From Candidatus Heimdallarchaeota archaeon (GTDB lineage: Archaea > Asgardarchaeota > Heimdallarchaeia > Heimdallarchaeales > Heimdallarchaeaceae): a stretch of DNA of 64,000 bases. Both the position numbers and the translations under genes were made by a program. Positions within the stretch are counted from its first letter, which is position 1. Every line of letters starts with the position of its first letter. Shown here piece after piece: positions 62,101-64,000 of the stretch. The DNA is taken from positions 21,959-85,958 of the forward strand of contig JAHLWR010000016.1 in NCBI GenBank assembly GCA_019057815.1. Reading direction: 5' to 3'. The notes beneath the pieces are model-generated. The model was not told where the DNA came from and ran no database searches. It saw only the letters and a program-made list of their open reading frames with translations.

Positions 62101-62506
62101 ACTGTTACATTCTTGGTATTTCCAGGAGTCAAATCAATTGAGTTTTGAAAAATCAGTAAAAGAGATTAAAGATTTAGATTTAAACTTTCTTAACCATCCA
62201 ACTTATCAGCTCTATCAAAACATTCTCTCAGAAGTATGTAAGGGGGTAACTATTACTAAGATCATACAAAACTCTATTAGTAAAATAGTAGCAGGATTTC
62301 AAACACTTGATGTTCTTATTGACCAATTAGTTACTAAAATAGAGAATAAGGAACACATTAAAAGAAGGATGCAAAATTACTTTCAGTACAACGAGCACAA
62401 AATTACTCGAGATATAGCTGAATATAAAGAAACCTTCATAATTACAAAACCTCAAGATGACAAAGTTAATGATGAAGAAATCCAAAACATTAAAGAAAAA
62501 TCATAA
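59189..62506 (+). CDS. polB: Family B DNA polymerase, protein-primed/casposon-like, degenerate exonuclease
   Basis: YLGGKVE, motif A DFTALYP (aa 428), motif B KILMNACCG (aa 615), motif C YTDTDS (aa 671), KKY. Confidence 0.85.
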   Translation: MYSKLKEQEVALLKTLIQDNSENLDYNIINIPRSTEFFINLEIESDKWNLTHISIVTRADHHSEIILLLAFNLDARRLVLCLLDDNYEINIYTQTDDSQIIYMKSPNLLDGIVISDIETVIVSILLDSMQKEQKKFREFFTYFQKNNNLPPIRFNLLKELLLNKRRTLFLLHNASCTIEQLITSHRNAKGNLFSLHSLNTKSVKTDYSISSYLYSFNFSNLTVGFYFSLSSIEIGKYKFCSIKISPAKRGSSTLTYTCDLTTLTNVFQEKSTTLFDLSANTNYPKIDNKDDKKAVAIICDFPNPIIVKSIPEKELNAIIDSFSIIAIYAKLSNRLNLAKLENLLGLKIEKTNIPFCTKIRSAATISKHILRNYLVQKLNLDLYIIQKNIKKSHNFLQNYKQTYLGGKVECFIHGLVETTLEQKIYYLDFTALYPHAAWICEALWLYLVCSKNEIQKYIRKDISNVIKRIKLSVNEIIESIIKKKPLQKRIFQGLVGNCTIHSDILLQLPRDFKNKKVDLLVKGQISTTLVDLSLAIVREIIIHKRQIDEIFSQISFIKAEYIDFPVSSEYGKEFFSILCLFRKDIKAEIREIKENLKKGNSAKITILECEQLFVKILMNACCGISGEGMLNEKYTGIFCNPIVANAISTIGRAFITVAEITVDHINALKIYTDTDSIFVRATKTQQEYLLSVFQETILLKDEIEEKYKDGDYITHIYIAGKKKYGYKTSKGRIVFTTHSKGQYLTEPFKKALKESYKYLFTPTFTEDTTDKAGEIASQYHSYLQNVTLSSQKSSIYTGLRKFNKRTITSYTWQWEGITIYVKFNLPNGSYLVTNTRQITKGLTGEYLNITKGKNKLIFFITISIDVDKLISDFIKKFDTTNEDILFKKQKTTNSLQGFYGSNNTYYLQYLLNDYISFERKKIVKYYKNYWLDVYYDCKINNKEPLGKKELLLWEQITNYNNLEEIKKQAALLLHSWYFQESNQLSFEKSVKEIKDLDLNFLNHPTYQLYQNILSEVCKGVTITKIIQNSISKIVAGFQTLDVLIDQLVTKIENKEHIKRRMQNYFQYNEHKITRDIAEYKETFIITKPQDDKVNDEEIQNIKEKS

Positions 62507-62615
62507 TTTAATGAAAAAAGTATAGTGTGATCATGAAAACGACTAGATCCTATTTTATAAAAAACTATACAATTTGCACATTTCAAAGAGTTATGATTAA
62601 ATTTGTCAATTATCA

Positions 62616-64000
62616 GTTATCTCCTCTTCTTCTACTATAGTTAGAGAATAGTTATGGGATAGAAGGAGAATGAATCCGAAGTGTTATCATAAGTTATTAT
62701 CTCCTCTTCTTATTGAGCTAAAATGTAACTAGAGCTGATTCTGTCTATTTAACTCAAAATGTCTATACGTTACCACCTCCTCTTTTGACGGAGCTAGAAT
62801 GTAACCCTCTCTCAGCCACCCTCCCAAGAAGAAATTTTGGGTTACCACCTCCTCTTTTGACGGAGCTAGAATGTAACTTCTACTAGTTTTTACGAAGCTG
62901 CAAGGATAGAGTAGTTACCACCTCCTCTTTTGACGGAGCTAGAATGTAACTTATCAGGAGAACTGGCTGATAATCACAGAAACCCGTTACCACCTCCTCT
63001 TTTGACGGAGCTAGAATGTAACCTTCTCAAGCAGAAGCCAATCAATAATGACCTGCGCGTTACCACCTCCTCTTTTGACGGAGCTAGAATGTAACGCTTA
63101 AGTGGCTTCCCAAGAACTGATTTATAATCTTGTTACCACCTCCTCTTTTGACGGAGCTAGAATGTAACAAAATCAGAAAAGAAGTACAACACTGTCATGG
63201 AAGTAGTTACCACCTCCTCTTTTGACGGAGCTAGAATGTAACGACTCAAGAACGTCTTCGTTACGGAGCACTTTGTAGGTTACCACCTCCTCTTTTGACG
63301 GAGCTAGAATGTAACTTAATAAGGTGAGTTTTACAAAAACTGAATAATGAAGTTACCACCTCCTCTTTTGACGGAGCTAGAATGTAACGCCCTTGACATA
63401 TTCTTAAACAAATTGGTTACTTTAAGGTTACCACCTCCTCTTTTGACGGAGCTAGAATGTAACGCCCTTGACATATTCTTAAACAAATTGGTTACTTTAA
63501 GGTTACCACCTCCTCTTTTGACGGAGCTAGAATGTAACGTCTTTAATGTGCGGAGGATTGTGGACTGCAAGTTTTTGTTACCACCTCCTCTTTTGACGGA
63601 GCTAGAATGTAACGTGAATATCCTAACTTCTGCTCAATTAATTCTCCCCGTTACCACCTCCTCTTTTGACGGAGCTAGAATGTAACCTGATCAGTTGGGG
63701 TATAAAAGGTGGGCTCCAGATGTAGTTACCACCTCCTCTTTTGACGGAGCTAGAATGTAACGATTGCTTCTTGAAAAGGCCCGCAGAGTTTATCCTCAGT
63801 TACCACCTCCTCTTTTGACGGAGCTAGAATGTAACGTTTGGAGAAAAGTATAGTAAGTTAAGCGGAGAAAGATGTTACCACCTCCTCTTTTGACGGAGCT
63901 AGAATGTAACGGCACGTTCGGTAGAATGACCGCTGGTTTATTAGAAGTTACCACCTCCTCTTTTGACGGAGCTAGAATGTAACGTTTGGAGAAAAGTATA
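62616..64000 (-). CRISPR. CRISPR array 3: 17 identical repeats plus 2 degenerate trailer repeats; continues past the window end
   Basis: GTTACCACCTCCTCTTTTGACGGAGCTAGAATGTAAC from 62769 to 63983, spacers 35-39 nt; degenerate copies at 62693 and ~62616. Confidence 0.98.

Noticed and set aside
59189-62506. PolB as a Cas10-like cOA synthase or as a primer-independent piPolB
   Set aside because: No GGDD or HD motif and the steric-gate Tyr is retained; motif C is the DTDS type; no direct support for either idea
51338-63685. ORFs 51338-51583, 63331-63570 and 63347-63685 with repeated peptides (SSVKRGGGN, LPPPLLTELEC)
   Set aside because: They are translations of CRISPR repeats
51062-64000. Self-targeting spacers
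   Set aside because: No match to sequence in this window was found by eye; not exhaustively testable without alignment
1-64000. tRNA/rRNA genes or an integrase for the islands
   Set aside because: No GC-rich structured RNA segment or tyrosine/serine recombinase motif was recognised

Overview
AT-rich (~30% GC by eye) archaeal chromosome segment. It is most likely from an Asgard archaeon (Heimdallarchaeia-like), inferred from a Rab-like GTPase, longin/uDENN-like domains, a PCI-like domain and archaeal BRE/TATA promoters. 1-23.7 kb: core and Asgard-type genes, a persulfide/sulfide operon (tusA-sqr-tusA-dsrE2-dsrE-HTH) and a tnpB with a Fanzor-type rearranged RuvC site between 31-bp inverted repeats. 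23.7-34.2 kb: an accessory island with an IS605-type tnpB, dus, a displaced duplicate of a gene 3' end, a type II R-M pair whose methylase appears to start at ATT, a type IIG/ISP-like R-M enzyme and a HEPN-like protein. 34.2-49.2 kb: a core block bracketed by an inverted pair of ~48-bp conserved non-coding motifs. 49.2-64 kb: an unusual CRISPR locus with three arrays of one 37-bp repeat family, two divergent Csm6-like (TIGR02710 CARF-HEPN) paralogues, a 972-aa coiled-coil/longin-like/Ig-like/TIR/SAVED fusion, a compositionally extreme cas6, and a 1105-aa protein-primed/casposon-like family B DNA polymerase between two convergent arrays. No cas1/cas2/cas10/cas7 is in the window; array 3 runs off the right edge, so they may lie beyond it. 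All family calls come from motif recognition by eye; no searches were run.
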